This document shows, in pieces, positions 51,017 through 63,911 of a DNA stretch of 64,000 bases. The translations under genes and the position numbers were made by a program. The notes beneath the pieces are model-generated. The model was not told where the DNA came from. It did no database searches and was given only the letters and a program-made list of their open reading frames with translations. The stretch's first letter is position 1. Every line of letters begins with the position of its first letter. Origin of the DNA: Azolla caroliniana (Eukaryota; Plantae; Polypodiophyta); the NCBI GenBank assembly GCA_043228905.1, contig JBHGNT010000020.1:14818001-14882000 (forward strand). The letters run 5' to 3'.

Positions 51017-52832
51017 TGTCAAGATTTGAACTCTTGACATAACCATGCTATAATCGAGTGTTATGTGTTAACCACACATCTAGCATATAATCATGTATAT
51101 ACTTCCTCATTGTAGGTTTTAGCTAGCATCATGTGCATAATTTCTCCCTTGTATTATTAACACTTGGCACATGCATGCGTACCTACTGCCTACATACTCT
51201 ATTGTATCACATGCGTGCACCAGGTATGCATGCCACTTAGTATAAATAGTTGAGTTCACCTTGAAGGAATTCAAAGTGAACAACGCCAGTCATGGACATA
51301 TCAATCTAGTATTCATAGCCTCATCGTCCGTGCTCCGTCTTAGTCCGTGCTTGGTGTGTCCGTGACAGTTTGTTCACCTTCCAACTAGAAGCATCACCCA
51401 TCTCCGTCATCGCTCTTGCTTCTAGAGTTACCATCGTCACTATACCATCATCAACATCGCTTCATTTCTTATCTTCCTCGCCATTTCTATCTCCTAGTTT
51501 CTTCTCATCATTTTCATTGGCTTTATATTTCTCCTCATCATTGTCTCTATTTTTTAGTTTCTTTCCCGTTCGTGTTCGTGTTCCAGCTGTCGGTGAGGGT
51601 TACACAAGGCCGCTCACTCCCGTTGGTATTCGTGTTCTAGCTATCGGTGAGGGTTACACAAGGCCGCTCACTCCCGTTGGTGTTCGTGTTCTAGCTGCCA
51701 GTGAGGGCTACACAAGGCTGCTCACTCCCGTTGGCGTTCGTGTTCGAGTTCCCGGTGAGGGCCGCATGGTCGCTCACTCCCGTTCGTGTTCTAGTCTCCG
51801 GTGAGGACCACACATGGTCGCTCATTCCAGTTATTTTTCATGTTCCACATCCCGGTGAGGACCGACATGGTCGCTCTTGCCCATTGGGGTTCATGTCCCA
51901 ATTCTTGGTGAGGACCACACATGGTCGCTCACTCCCGTTCGTGTTCCCGTCTCCGGTGAGGACCCACATGGTCGCTCACTCCAGTTATTTTTCATGTTCC
52001 ACATCCTGGCGAGAACCAATATGGTTGGTCATGCCCATTACGGTTCATGTTCCAGTTCTTGGTGAGGACCACACGTCGCTCACGCTCGTTTGTGTTCATG
52101 TACCAGTTCTCCGTGACGACCACACATGGTCTCTCATGCCTGTTGGTGTTCGTGTTCTCTATGAGGACTACACATGGTCAGTCACACCCATTGATATTTG
52201 TGTTCCAGTTCTAGGCGAGGACCACACATGGTTGCTCATGCCCGTTGGTGTTAAATACCTCGTCTTGTGGAAGGGTTACTCCTTGTCTAGGATTTACAAA
52301 ATACTTTGGAGGTGATCTATGATTGTCATCAACAATATCCCCTTAAGCCGACAAACGATTTGGGAAGGCATCGTTGGAGGGGGGATAATGTCAAGATTCG
52401 AACTCTTGACATAACCATGCTATAATCGAGTGTTATGTGTTAACCACACATCTAGCATATAATCATGTATATACTTCCTCATTGTAGGTTTTAGCTAGCA
52501 TCATGTGCATAATTTCTCCCTTGTATTATTAACACTTGGCACATGCATGCGTACCTACTGCCTACATACTCTATTGTATCACATGCGTGCACCAGGTATG
52601 CATGCCACTTAGTATAAATAGTTGAGTTCACCTTGAAGGAATTCAAGGTGAACAAACCCAGTCATGGACATATAAATCTAGTATTCCCATTTCGCCCATC
52701 GTCTCTCCTTCATCTTCATCTCTATCTTTATGCTCTTGTGTCATTCCCCGTCTTAAGCTCCTCGTGTCATCGCTCCGTCATAGCCTCATCATCCGTGCTC
52801 CATCTTAGTCCGCACTTGGTGTGTCCGTGACA
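51017..52832 (+). mobile_element. Non-autonomous, non-coding LTR element (TRIM/LARD-like)
   Basis: LTRs 51017-51367 and 52389-52832, TGTCA/TGACA termini, TSD AACCC, PPT GGAGGGGGGATAA, no retroelement ORF. Confidence 0.95.
51592..52255 (+). repeat. Array of 13 ~54-bp units, each a stem-loop
   Basis: Consensus GGTGAG-GACCA-CACA-TGGTC-G-CTCACT followed by a pyrimidine/GT-rich linker. Confidence 0.92.
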
Positions 52833-53159
52833 AACCCAAACTAGGGAAAAAACCACGGCAGCCCACAAACTGCAAACTATCACTATATCACAATGTACAA
52901 TAGTAAAGCACCGAAGCAACGACCTTGAGCTTGCTATCTTCGCCACAGGCGGCGGTTACAACAGAGGCAAGGACCTCTTCCTCTCTCTCTCTCTCTCTGT
53001 ACACACTTACGCACAGAATTGTCGCAATGACAACACTACTACCCTAAGTTTGCCCTAAATCATATTTATACTAATATGACTTTTCGGCTATTTACAAATA
53101 TAGCCCCGATGGACTCTCCGAAAACATATTTATGAATATGTCCCTTCATCCGGTGAGCA

Positions 53160-53565
53160 CTTCTCACCGGGCCTTCACCATCCGGCTCTTGTCGGATACT
53201 CGTCATCCGGTTCTCACCGGGCCTTCCTTGCCGGGTACTCGTCATCCAGTTCTCACCGAGCCTTCCTTGCCGGGTACTCGTCATCCGGTTCTCACTGGGC
53301 CTTCCTTGCCGGGTACTCGTCATCCGGTTCTCACTGGGCCTTCCTTGCCGGGTACTCGTCATCCGGTTCTCACCAGGTCTTCCGTTGTCGGGTACTTGTC
53401 ATCCGATTCTCACCAGGTCTTCCGTTGCCAGGTACTTGTCATCTGATTCTCACCAGGTCTTCCGTTGCCGGGTACTCCACATCCGGTTCTCACCGAGTCT
53501 TCCTTGCCTGGTACTTGTCATCCGGTTCTCACTGGGTCTTCCGTTGCCAGGTACTACAATCCCAT
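53160..53565 (-). repeat. U3 array, ~10 x 39-40 bp
   Basis: Unit ttctcaccgggccttccttgccgggtactcgtcatccgg. Confidence 0.93.
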
Positions 53566-54986
53566 CCGAAGGGATCTGTTTCCTAACAATCTCTCCCTTC
53601 ACTCCGGCATGGGAGGTCTTACTAGTCTGATCCGCTTCCGACATGCATCCAGCTTGTCGGGTATCAGTACTTTGGTCAGCATATCTGACCCGTTCTCGGC
53701 GGTGTGGATCTTCATTAGCGTGAACTCTCGATCTTCTACTCGCTCCCGGATCCAGTGATCCCTACGTTGGATGTGCTTCGTCCTGGAGTGGTATGTTGCG
53801 TTCTTTGCAAGGTGGATGTCACTTTGACTGTCGCAATAGAGCCGGTATTCGTCTTGCTGGATACCGAGCTCTCCGATGAAGTCCTTCATCCATAGTATTT
53901 CCTTGCCGGCTTCCACAGCCGCCATGTACTCCGCCTCTGTGGTTGACAACGCAACCGTCTTCTGCAGCCTCGACTGCCATGAAACAACTCCCCCTACATA
54001 TGTCATTACATACCCGGATGTAGACTGGCTGGTATCCACATTAGCCGACATGTACGAATCGGTAAAACCGTCAAGTTGAGGTTTACCAGAGCCGAATTAG
54101 AGACACATATTCGAGGTGCCCTTCAGGTACCGGAGTATCCATTTGACCGCGTTCCAGTGCTCCTTGCCGGGATTGCTCATGAACCGGCTCACCACTCCAA
54201 CTGCGTATTCAATATCTGGTCGAGTACACACCATTGCGTACATCAAGCTCCCGACGACAGAGGCATATGGAACCTTCATCATATCAGCCTTCTCTACTTT
54301 CGTCTTCGGGCTTTGCTTACTGGATAGTCTGCAGTTTGCCAGGAGTGTCGATTCGACCGGTTTTGCTTCTAACATGTTGAACCGTTGAAGCACCTTTGTC
54401 ACGTATTTCTCCTGTGACAGCCACATTTGCTTCGTTGGCCGGTTCCGGATGACATGCATCCCCAGCATCTGTCTTGCCGGACCCATCTCTTTCATTGAGA
54501 AGGTTTCATTTAGAGCCTTCTTCATCATCCGTATTTTGGCTTGGTCCTGTCCGACGATCAACATGTCATCCACGTATAGAAGGAGTATCAGAAAGTCGCC
54601 TCCTTCGAACTTCTTCACAAACACGCAGTGATCGGCCTGCGTCTTGTGGTACCCTTGATCGGTCATGAAGGAGTTGAACCTCTGTACCATTGTCGGGGAG
54701 CTGTCAGGAATAGTACTAAAACAGAGATGGAATTAGTACTAAAGAAGAGTAGTACTATTAGTACTAAGGGCACGGGACTGCATAAGACTCCCGAGAGAGG
54801 AAGTAAGACTCCTGAAGCTTCTAGAATGTTCTAGAGAGATCTGGAATATACATCAATTTTCTATGATAAAACATAAATGAAAATAATATTCTACAAATTA
54901 CAATTCATAGTCTAATGGTAAGAGCTGGACCCATGTAGCATAAGGTCATGGGGTCGAGTCTTGCCATATCATGACACTATCTCCCC

Positions 54987-57838
54987 CTTAAAGACGACGA
55001 GTGGAACGAGTCGGCGCTGATTGCGGACCAGGTTTGTCCGGATACTTTCAGTGGAAATCAGCAAGAAGATCCTGTGCATTGGCAACATGCTCGACGGGTT
55101 CCCAAGTAAGTTTGATCGGACTATAACCGAGCCAATCGACCAAGTAATAAAAGTTGTGGCGAACAAGTTTGGAATCGAGGATGGCAGCAACTTCATACTC
55201 CGGGCCGGCATCCAACTCCAGCGGGGGTGGCGGTGGTATCACACGATCGGGAATGGTGTTTCCTTTATAAGGTTCAAGAAGAGAACAATGGAAAACCGGA
55301 TGTATCTGAAGCTGCGGAGGGAGATCAATGCGGAATGTGACATCATTAATCTTACCCGTAATACGGAAGGGACCGAGTCGTCGATAATCCAACTTGTCGC
55401 ACGGTCGATTAGTCTTGATGTGACGACGTAAGAGCCATACTCGATCTCCGATGGCAAAAGAGGAGGGAATACGATGACGATCCGCATAAGTCTTCTGTGT
55501 GTGTTGAGCATGACGAAGGTGAGTAGAGAGATCCATTTTGATCTTGCGTAGCCTCTCCAAATGATCTTTAGCACGAGGGTTGGTAGGTAGCTCCGGGGTG
55601 TCGATCACCGACCAGCGAGGATGGAAACCGGTATAAGCGAAAAATGGGGAGACCCGAGTTGAGGAGTGAATAGCATTATTATACGCAAACTCCGCAAAGT
55701 GGAGAATCTCTGCCCAATCGTCCTGTTGATAACTCAGGAAACATCGGAGATATTGCTCCAGCATTTGGTTTGTTCGTTCCGCCTGCCCATCGGTCTGAGG
55801 ATGGTAGCCGGAGGAGAGGTTGCAGGAGACCTTGAGCATCTTGAAGAGATGCTGCCAAAATTTGGAGACAAATTGCGGTCCTCGGTCACTGATGATACTG
55901 TCTGGGAGGCATTGATGCCGAAATACCTCACGCATAACAAGGGTGGTGGTTTCCTCTCTAGTGATGGCTTTAGTACACGGCACAAAATGTGCCATCTTCG
56001 TATATCGATCGACGACGGCTAGGATAGCATCGAACCCCTTCGAGACTGGAAGATCTGTGATAAAATCAAGACAAATAGACTGCCACGGCTTACTTGGAAT
56101 CGGTAAGGGTTCCAACAAGCCATATGGATGGTGTCGTGGCATCTTTGCTTGGCAGCAAGCATCACAGGTCCGAACGTAGTCGTCGACAAAACGGCGCATG
56201 TGGGGCCACCAAAAAGATCGTTGCACTAGCTCCAACGTCTTACTACTACTGAAATGTCCCGCCGTATGGGTGTCATGACAATGCTGGAAGATTTGAAGGC
56301 GACAGGAGCAATCAGGGACATATACGCGCTTTTTAAAGAATAACAAACCATCATGATATTCGAATTGTCGGTAGTCAATACCTGGTTGTTGAGACCGAGA
56401 ACAGGATGCCCGAGAAATATCAATGTGCGCCAGGATGTCTTGAGCAAAACTATCCGTCTTCAAGGTTGCACGTATGTCATCAGTAATCCGTGAATCCATC
56501 GGGGTATGAAAAATCCGAGTCGTGTGCAATCGTGTTGGTCCCAAGATTACTTGCTTTAGATTATCAAAGGTTGCATCACCAGGACGAGGTGCAAGATATG
56601 ACCGCCGTGATAGTGCATCTGCTTTTGCTTGCTGCTTCCCCGGTCGATATGTGATTTTGAAGTCGAAACGCATGAGGAATTGCGCCCACCGAGCTTGCCG
56701 TCGATTTAGTACGCGAGCATTCTGAAAATAAGCAAGATTTTTATGATCGCTAAAGACAATGACCTGATGTGGAGAGCCCTCTAAGAAATGCCGCCATTGC
56801 ACAAATGAATCCATGATGGCTAATAACTCTTTGTCATGTATTTCGTAGTTGATTTCCGCAACATCAAATTTGCGGGAATGGAAAGCCACCGGATGCAACT
56901 CTTCTTTATCTCCTTGTTGAGAAAGGATGCTACCGAGGGCGAAATCTGATGCGTCGGCCTCCATGATGAATGGTTTTCTTGTATCCACATGAGCTAGAAT
57001 CGGTGCTGATGTAAAGGCTTTCTTAAGATGCCGAAAAGCCATATCTGCTTCGATGGACCAAAGAAATGCTTGGCCCTTCTTCGTAAGTTGTGTGAGAGGT
57101 AAAATAATCTTCAAGTAATCCTGTATAAACTTACGGTAGAAGTTAGCAAAACCTAGAAAACATTGTACATCTCGTACCGACCGTGGAATTTGCCACTCTA
57201 GTACAGTTTGGATTTTAGCTGGATCCATGGCGATGCCTTTTGAGGAGATGACGTAGCCTAGAAATTCCACTTGCTTGCAGTCAAAGCTACATTTTTCTAG
57301 CTTGGCATAAAGACCATTCTCGCGGAGTCGCTTTAGTACTAATAGTATTAATGGTCGAAACTCGGTGAGTTGATTCTTGGGGTGGTCAATATCAGACTTC
57401 TCTTGTTCTCCAATCTATGGCTGGATTATGTAATTCAAACCAAGGTAATCCTAAGATAATGGGATGCTCTGGACTACTAATTATATTAAATGATATTATA
57501 CACACAAAACTACCTAGGACAACTTGAATGGGTTCTGATTCTTCTACAATATTCCCGGAAGCAATGGGACGACCATCAATGACTACTACAGATGCGGGAC
57601 AAGGAAGTTTTCTTAAGGATATCTAAGAAGTTTGGGCAAAATTTCGATCCATGAAACAGGAATTAGCTCCGGAATCTAAAAGTGCTAGGACGGGTACTGG
57701 GGGAGTACTTTTAGTACTAACAATGACTTGGGCTAGGAACACATTGCTAACTTGCTTGGAAGAAATGGAACTACTAATTGGCTGTACAGATCTAGGGCTG
57801 CTGTCCAACCAAACGACTCCTATTTTGGCTGGACTCAA
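54987..57838 (-). pseudogene. pol: Chromovirus pol remnant (PR with stop; RH-INT-chromodomain open 55048-57270)
   Basis: Comparison with copy 2. Confidence 0.92.
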
Positions 57839-58992
57839 TCGTTTAACTCTTCATCTAATTGACTAAGGATTTCAAATTTATTTGAGATACTTGGGCTATT
57901 AGTACTATGAATACTATCTGACACTCTATTAGTACTATTAATACTATCAGACACTCCGAAGGGAAGAATTGACTCGGGTTTAGTACAGGCAACGATTTGA
58001 TTTACCTGTCTTCTTGGCCTATGGGGACAATTGATGGCGATATGCCCTGGTCCACCGCAATAAAGACATAATCGATTGGCACGTCGTCGTTGCTTTTCTT
58101 CTTCCGATAACGGGCCGTGTCGACGCATGGTGTCGATCTCCATCGGTGTCGGAATATTGGCTTGAGGTACATCGCCTGCAAACGGTTTAGCCGTGACTGA
58201 GGCGTATGTGAGTTCCGGCCGAGAGCGTGGTATTTGTAACCGACGTTCTGAACGCCGTTCGAAAAGGGGGTTGTCGCATCGGACCGCTCGACTGATTACC
58301 TCTGTAAGAGACTTTGGTTCTTCGGGGAAGGTTAAAAGCAAGTCTTTGACATCGTTGCGCAAGCCGTAGAGAAACTGCTCCATGAGGGCCTGATCATCCC
58401 AGGGGATATCTGAGGCGAGTAGACGGAAATCTGCCGCGTAGGCAGAGGCTGGACGATTGCCTTGACGCAATCTTCGGATCTTGTTGTTCGCCGTCCTGAT
58501 GCTGTCGGTATCTCCAAAGCAGGCTTTAAACTCACCAATAAAATCTTCAAAGTGATTAAGCAAGGGCGATTGTTTTTCTAGAAGCGGAGCGAACCATGCC
58601 AAGGCTGAGCCGCTAAGTAGCGTGCCTATTAGGCCGACTCGAGATGCATCAGTGGGATATCGGGAAGGATGCATTTGGATGACTAAGCGTACCTGATTAA
58701 GGAATCCCCGGAATTGCGATTGCGTTCCATCAAATTTCACAGGAAGTCCAATCTTGGGCTCTTTATGAAATCCTTGGGGACTTGATCCTTGTTGTTGCAA
58801 CGCTGCTTCGAGTTGTTGTACCCGTAACGCTAACTCCCCATGTTGTTGTTGCGTTTGTTGTTTTTCTAGGGCGATTTGTTGCAGATCCCCTATCAACCGT
58901 TGGTTTTCTTGTTCCAAGGCAACAAACTTTTCTTTTAGGCACTGTAGCTCGGAGAAAACGGATTGGTATTCTTGGGCGCTAACAATAGCCAT
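57835..58992 (-). CDS. gag: Chromovirus Gag, intact 385-aa ORF
   Basis: Colinear with 27189-28346. Confidence 0.92.
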   Translation of the reverse strand: MAIVSAQEYQSVFSELQCLKEKFVALEQENQRLIGDLQQIALEKQQTQQQHGELALRVQQLEAALQQQGSSPQGFHKEPKIGLPVKFDGTQSQFRGFLNQVRLVIQMHPSRYPTDASRVGLIGTLLSGSALAWFAPLLEKQSPLLNHFEDFIGEFKACFGDTDSIRTANNKIRRLRQGNRPASAYAADFRLLASDIPWDDQALMEQFLYGLRNDVKDLLLTFPEEPKSLTEVISRAVRCDNPLFERRSERRLQIPRSRPELTYASVTAKPFAGDVPQANIPTPMEIDTMRRHGPLSEEEKQRRRANRLCLYCGGPGHIAINCPHRPRRQVNQIVACTKPESILPFGVSDSINSTNRVSDSIHSTNSPSISNKFEILSQLDEELND

Positions 58993-61900
58993 AGTATAGG
59001 GAAAAGGGTAGGAGGATGAGGGAGAGTGACAAGTAGGCTAGAGGAGAAAATTGGTTCAAACTTTCAGGAATAGTACTAAAACAGAGATGGAATTAGTACT
59101 AAAGAAGAGTAGTACTATTAGTACTAAGGGGACGGGACTGCATAAGACTCTCGAGAGAGGAAGTGAGAAGAGGAGAGAGAGAGATAGCGAGAATGAGAGA
59201 GAGAGAGAGATGATGACAACAACTAATATATTATGTGAAAGATAAGTACAAAGCGGCTAAGAGGCTTAAGACTGGTGTTGAACCAATTTGGTTCAAAACA
59301 ATGCCTTGTGCCTCCTTTTATAGTGTTTCTAGGAATAAGCCTGAAGCTTCTAGAATGTTCCAGAGAGATCTGGAATATACATCACTTTTCTATGATAAAG
59401 TATAAATGAAAATAATATCCTAAAAATTACAATTCATAGTCTAATGGAAAGAGCTCGACCCATGTAACATAAGGTCATGGGTTCGAGTCTTGCCATATCA
59501 TGACAGGAGCCTGCTTCAGTCCGTACAGGCTCTTCTTCAACCAGCAAACCAGGTGCTCCTCCCCTTTCTCCACGAATCCTTCCGGTTGCTCCATGTAGAT
59601 CTCCTCTTCGAGGTCACCGTGAAGGAATCCCGTCTTTACGTCCAGCTGGTCTACCTCGAGGTCCATGCTTGCCGCTATACTCAGCAACGTCCAGATGGAG
59701 GTCATCTTTACTACTGGGGCAAATATCTCGTCGAAGTCCACGCCCTTCTTCTGCTGGAACCCCTTTACCACAATCTTGGCTTTGTATCTCGGGGGGTTTT
59801 TGGCATCTCCCGGTTTCAACTTGTACACCCACTTGTTTCGGAGTGCCCGCTTTCCTTTCGGCAAATCCACCAATTCGTATGTATGGTTCTCATGCAGGGA
59901 ATCCATCTCATCCTGCATGGCACTTAACCATTTGCGGCTATGGTCGTCACTTTTAGCTTCCTCGAAGCTTTCTGGCTCCCCCTCATCGGTCAGCAGCACA
60001 TGCTCTGCATTCGGAAATCTTCGTCTTTGACCTTCGGCACCCGGCTCCACTATTTGTTCTTCATCCGAATCCGATTCGGGGTCTTGGCCGGTTCCGGTTT
60101 CACCTATTCCTTCTTCTTCGGCCTGTCTTGTCTCCTTACCGTCACCAGCCAGTTCATCGAGTGCTAACCGGTCTCTTGCCCTCCATGAAGATAATATCTC
60201 GACTCCAGAATACGTTCTTGTCGGCCAGGTCCCACACTCGGTAGCCGAACTCATCTTCGTCATAACCGAGGAATATGCATGGCCGGGTCTTTGGATCCAA
60301 CTTTCCTCTCCGATCCTTAGCAACATGCACGTACGCAAGATACCCGAATACCTTCAGATGCCGGTACGACACTTCCTTACCGGTCCAGACTCTCTGTGGC
60401 GTCTCTCCGTCCAAAGGTACTAAGGGTGATCTGTTTATCACATATGTCACCGTTGAGAGTGCCTCAACCCAAAATTTCTTGGGTAGTTTTGTATGCGCCA
60501 GCATACTCCGGACCCTCTCCATTATGGTCTGGTTCATCCTGTTGGCCAGCCCTTTTAGTTCCGGCGTCTTCGGCACGGTAAATTCGAGCCGGATTCCCTT
60601 CGAGCGGCAGTACTCCTCGAACTACCCCCGGTATTCTCCTCCGTTATCTGTTCGAACCGCCTTCAGCTTCCGGCCGATTTCTCTTTCCAATCTCGCGTGG
60701 AGCTCTTTGAAGACGGATAGCACTTGATCCTTCGTCTTCAGCGGTGTGGCCCACAGCTTCCAGCTATGATCATCTATGAACGTCACGAAGTACTGTGATC
60801 CGGCATGTGACTTCGTGTCCACTTGACATACATCAATATGCACCAACTCCACTGATACATTACGTCTCATCGGTGGCCTCGATCCGAAGGAGGTCCAGTT
60901 TTGTTTACTGGCCAGACAATCAGTGCACTTCTCCAAGTGCACGTTCTTCACTGGAATGAGGTTGTCGTCTGCAAGCCTCTTCATCCCTTCTCGCTCATGT
61001 GACACAACCTCTTGTGCCACAGCTCACCGGCAGTGTCGGATGCCACGTTCACTTCCTCCGGGCATAACCGGGCATTCATCAGGTACAACGTGTTGACCTT
61101 CCGGGCCCGAGCCACAATCAAGCTCCCTTTGCTGAACTTCATAACACCGTTTCGGATGCCACCCGTGTAGCCTTCATCATCTAGCAGACCGGCTGATATC
61201 AGGTTTAGACGAACCTCCGGAACGTGTCGGACATCCTTCAGCAGCAGCTTGCATCCGGTTGGTGTTGTCAACCACACGTCTCCTATGCTGACAATTCGGC
61301 ATGTACCTTCATTCCCCATCCGGACACAGCTATGATCACCGGCTGAGTAGGATGAGAAGCATTTCCGGTCCGGGGTAAGGTGGAACGACGCTCCGGAGTC
61401 GACCACCCAGGTCATCTCGTTGCCGGCAAGGTTTAGCTCACTCTCCTCGGTGATGAGCATCAACTCTTCTTCACTTGCCGTGATTGCCGTTGTTCCCTTC
61501 CGGTCTTTACCGTTTCGTTCCGGTGTCCGCTTCGAATTGGTATCATCGGTTTCCTTGTCTTTTCGGAAGTGCCGACAGTTCTTTTAGAAGTGTCCCGGCT
61601 TGCCGCAATAGAAGCAGGTAGGCCTCCCCCTAGACTTTGACCGTGTCCCCGAGTTCTCCCGGTTCTGGGGACTACGGTTCCTTTGTTTTCCGCGTTCCGA
61701 TTCGGTAAGGAGCGCTTTGGAGTCAGAGCTCGTATCCTTATCTTTCCGACGCGCCTCTTCATCTAGCAAGCTCGACTTCACTCTTGCTAGAGATAACCGT
61801 TTTCCTTCCAGCCCGACGTTGCCCAAAGTGACAACCAACGTCTCCTAGTTATCTGGGAGGGAACCGAGCAGGAGTAGTGCTAGTACCTCATCGGCGAGAG

Positions 61901-62794
61901 GTACTTCCAATGAAGTTGCCTGGTGGATCAGCCCCTAGAAGGCATTCATGTGCTCTGCCATGCTGGAGCCATCTTGGTACCGGAGACTTACTAGCTTCCG
62001 AAATACCGAAACCTAATTAACGACATTTTTGTTCTGAAACATAATGTTGATCTTCTCCCAAAGCTCATGAGCCTTGCTCTCTTCATTGAAGTTGTTGTAT
62101 AGACTCATGTCGATGAAGCACCGTATGTACTTCATTGTCTTCATGTGCATCACCTCCCATATCGTGGAATCGATTTTGTCTGGTCTCTTGTCCCCGAACT
62201 GAACTGGCAACCATAGATCTTTAACCACGAGCATTTCCCTCATCTTCGACTTCCACACCGAATAGTTGGAGACAGTGATCTTGAACATGCTTCGCAACGA
62301 ATCGTCCATTTTTCTGTGTCGTCTCGCTCTGATACCACTTTGACAGGAATACACGCTCCCTTAAACACAACGCTCGGCCACAACCGAGTCTAGGATCAAA
62401 CACAGAAAATGGGTAAGGTACGCAAGACACAGTGAAGAGAAGAGTACACACGATGTTAACGTGGAAAAAACCCAAACTAGGGAAAAAACCACGGCAGCCC
62501 ACAGATTGCAAACTATCACTATATCACAATGTACAATAGTAAAGCACCGAAGCTACGACCTTGAGCTTGCTATCTTTGCCACAGGCGGCGATTACAACAG
62601 AGGCAACGACCTCTTCCTCTCTCGCTCTCTCTCTTTACACAGTTACGCACAGAATTGTGACAACCAACTAGAATGACAACACTACTACCCTAAGTTTGTC
62701 CTAAATCATATTTATACTAATATGAATTTTCGGTTATTTACAAATACAGCCCCGATGGACTCTCAGAAAACATATTTACGAATATGTCCCTTCA

Positions 62795-63035
62795 TCCGGG
62801 CCTTCACCATCCGACTCTTGCCGGGTACTCGTCATCCGGTTCTCACCGGGCCTTCCTTGTCGGGTACTTGTCATCCGGTTCTCACTAGGTCTTCCATTGT
62901 CGGGTACTTGTCATCCGGTTCTCACTAGGTCTTCCGTTGCCGGGTACTTGTCATCCGGTTCTCACCAGGTCTTCCTTGCCGAGTACTTGTCATCCGGTTC
63001 TCACCGGGTCTTCCGTTGCCGGGTACTCCAATCCC
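62795..63035 (-). repeat. U3 array, ~6 x 39-40 bp
   Basis: Same unit as 53160-53565. Confidence 0.93.
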
Positions 63036-63911
63036 ATCCGGAGGGATCTGTTTCCTAACATCATGGTGGAGGGGGGAACATTGTCGAGTAACCATGCGGA
63101 TGGGAGTGGCTTCCCGAGTACAAATGGCATGCTATACCGGGAAAGGGATAGTAGGAGCATGTGTGCATTGGAGGTCTAGTGACAAAAAACAAGCTAATAA
63201 TTGGCGGATGGAAACGAGTCACTCCTGTGGACAGAAGGACACCTGGACTTGTCTAAGGTGGGGGATAGGGGGAGCACGTGGGACAAGAAGTTTGTGGGCA
63301 TTGAAATCAATCACAATGTGATGCTTGAGGAACCAATCGCAACATAAGGTGAGGGGGAAGAGTTGGTGGGGCAAGACATAAAAGTGGTGTGAGAAGGTGA
63401 GAGTGCCTAAGGTGATGGTGCAATGGGCTTGCGTGAGAGAGTGGCATAGATGTTGGTGATCGCCAAAAAGGACTTGGATGGAGGGAGCGATGGATGTGGG
63501 GAGGCCCAACTGGTGAACTAAGGTAGTGCTAATGTAAGAGATACTACTACCAGAGTCTAACAAGATGGCGTGGGTGGAGTGATTGGTGGTGGCGAGAGCA
63601 GTGCATACTTGCGAACTGGAAGAGGTGAATGCTCGGACGTGGGGGGATGACTCTTCCATCATCACCCCCGAAGTCAATTTCCCGGAAGCTCAGCCAATGA
63701 TGTTGCATCAGCCATGGTTATCTAGGCTTGTTGCTTGTGAGACTATTGTTGTAATTTTTGGCATTGACGTCACACGTGTCCATAATTGTTGCAATAGAAA
63801 CACTTCGGGCACCCTTGGGCATCGCAATTGGGAAGGTTGGGGCGAGCTTGGAGCTGCACGTTTTGGACACCAATGTCCATGGGGGCCACTCCCTGGTACT
63901 GGACTCGCAAG

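Larger units (their letters stand above)
54702..59505 (-). mobile_element. Tcn1-like chromovirus, copy 3 (RT deleted, 3' LTR internally deleted)
   Basis: LTRs 54702-54976 and 59062-59505, TSD GGAGC; deletion near 57348 removes the RT core. Confidence 0.96.
50884..63060 (-). mobile_element. Ty1/copia family A', full length, with two nested insertions
   Basis: 5' LTR 62341-63060, 3' LTR 50884-53588 (interrupted), TSD TCATG, PBS(iMet) 62326-62337, PPT 53589-53600; degenerate gag-pol 53599-62309. Confidence 0.95.
50441..63911 (-). mobile_element. Degenerate Ty3/gypsy PR-RT fragment, split by copia A'; pieces are 50441-50883 and 63061-63911
   Basis: ILLDSGS (63219-63677); DMLAKGIIIPS..FVKKDDGT..IDFR..YPLP (50662-50880); TSD TCATG. 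Confidence 0.85.

Noticed and set aside
51120-51240. RY (CATGCA) B3-factor elements in the TRIM LTR
   Set aside because: Short motifs that are easily produced by CG/CHG deamination; not enough support
51592-52255. CRISPR-like repeat-spacer array
   Set aside because: The linkers are homologous to each other rather than unique spacers, the repeats are degenerate, there are no cas genes, and the context is a eukaryotic TE
51017-52832. Retrozyme (hammerhead-containing LTR element)
   Set aside because: No CTGANGA...GAAA hammerhead core seen in the LTRs
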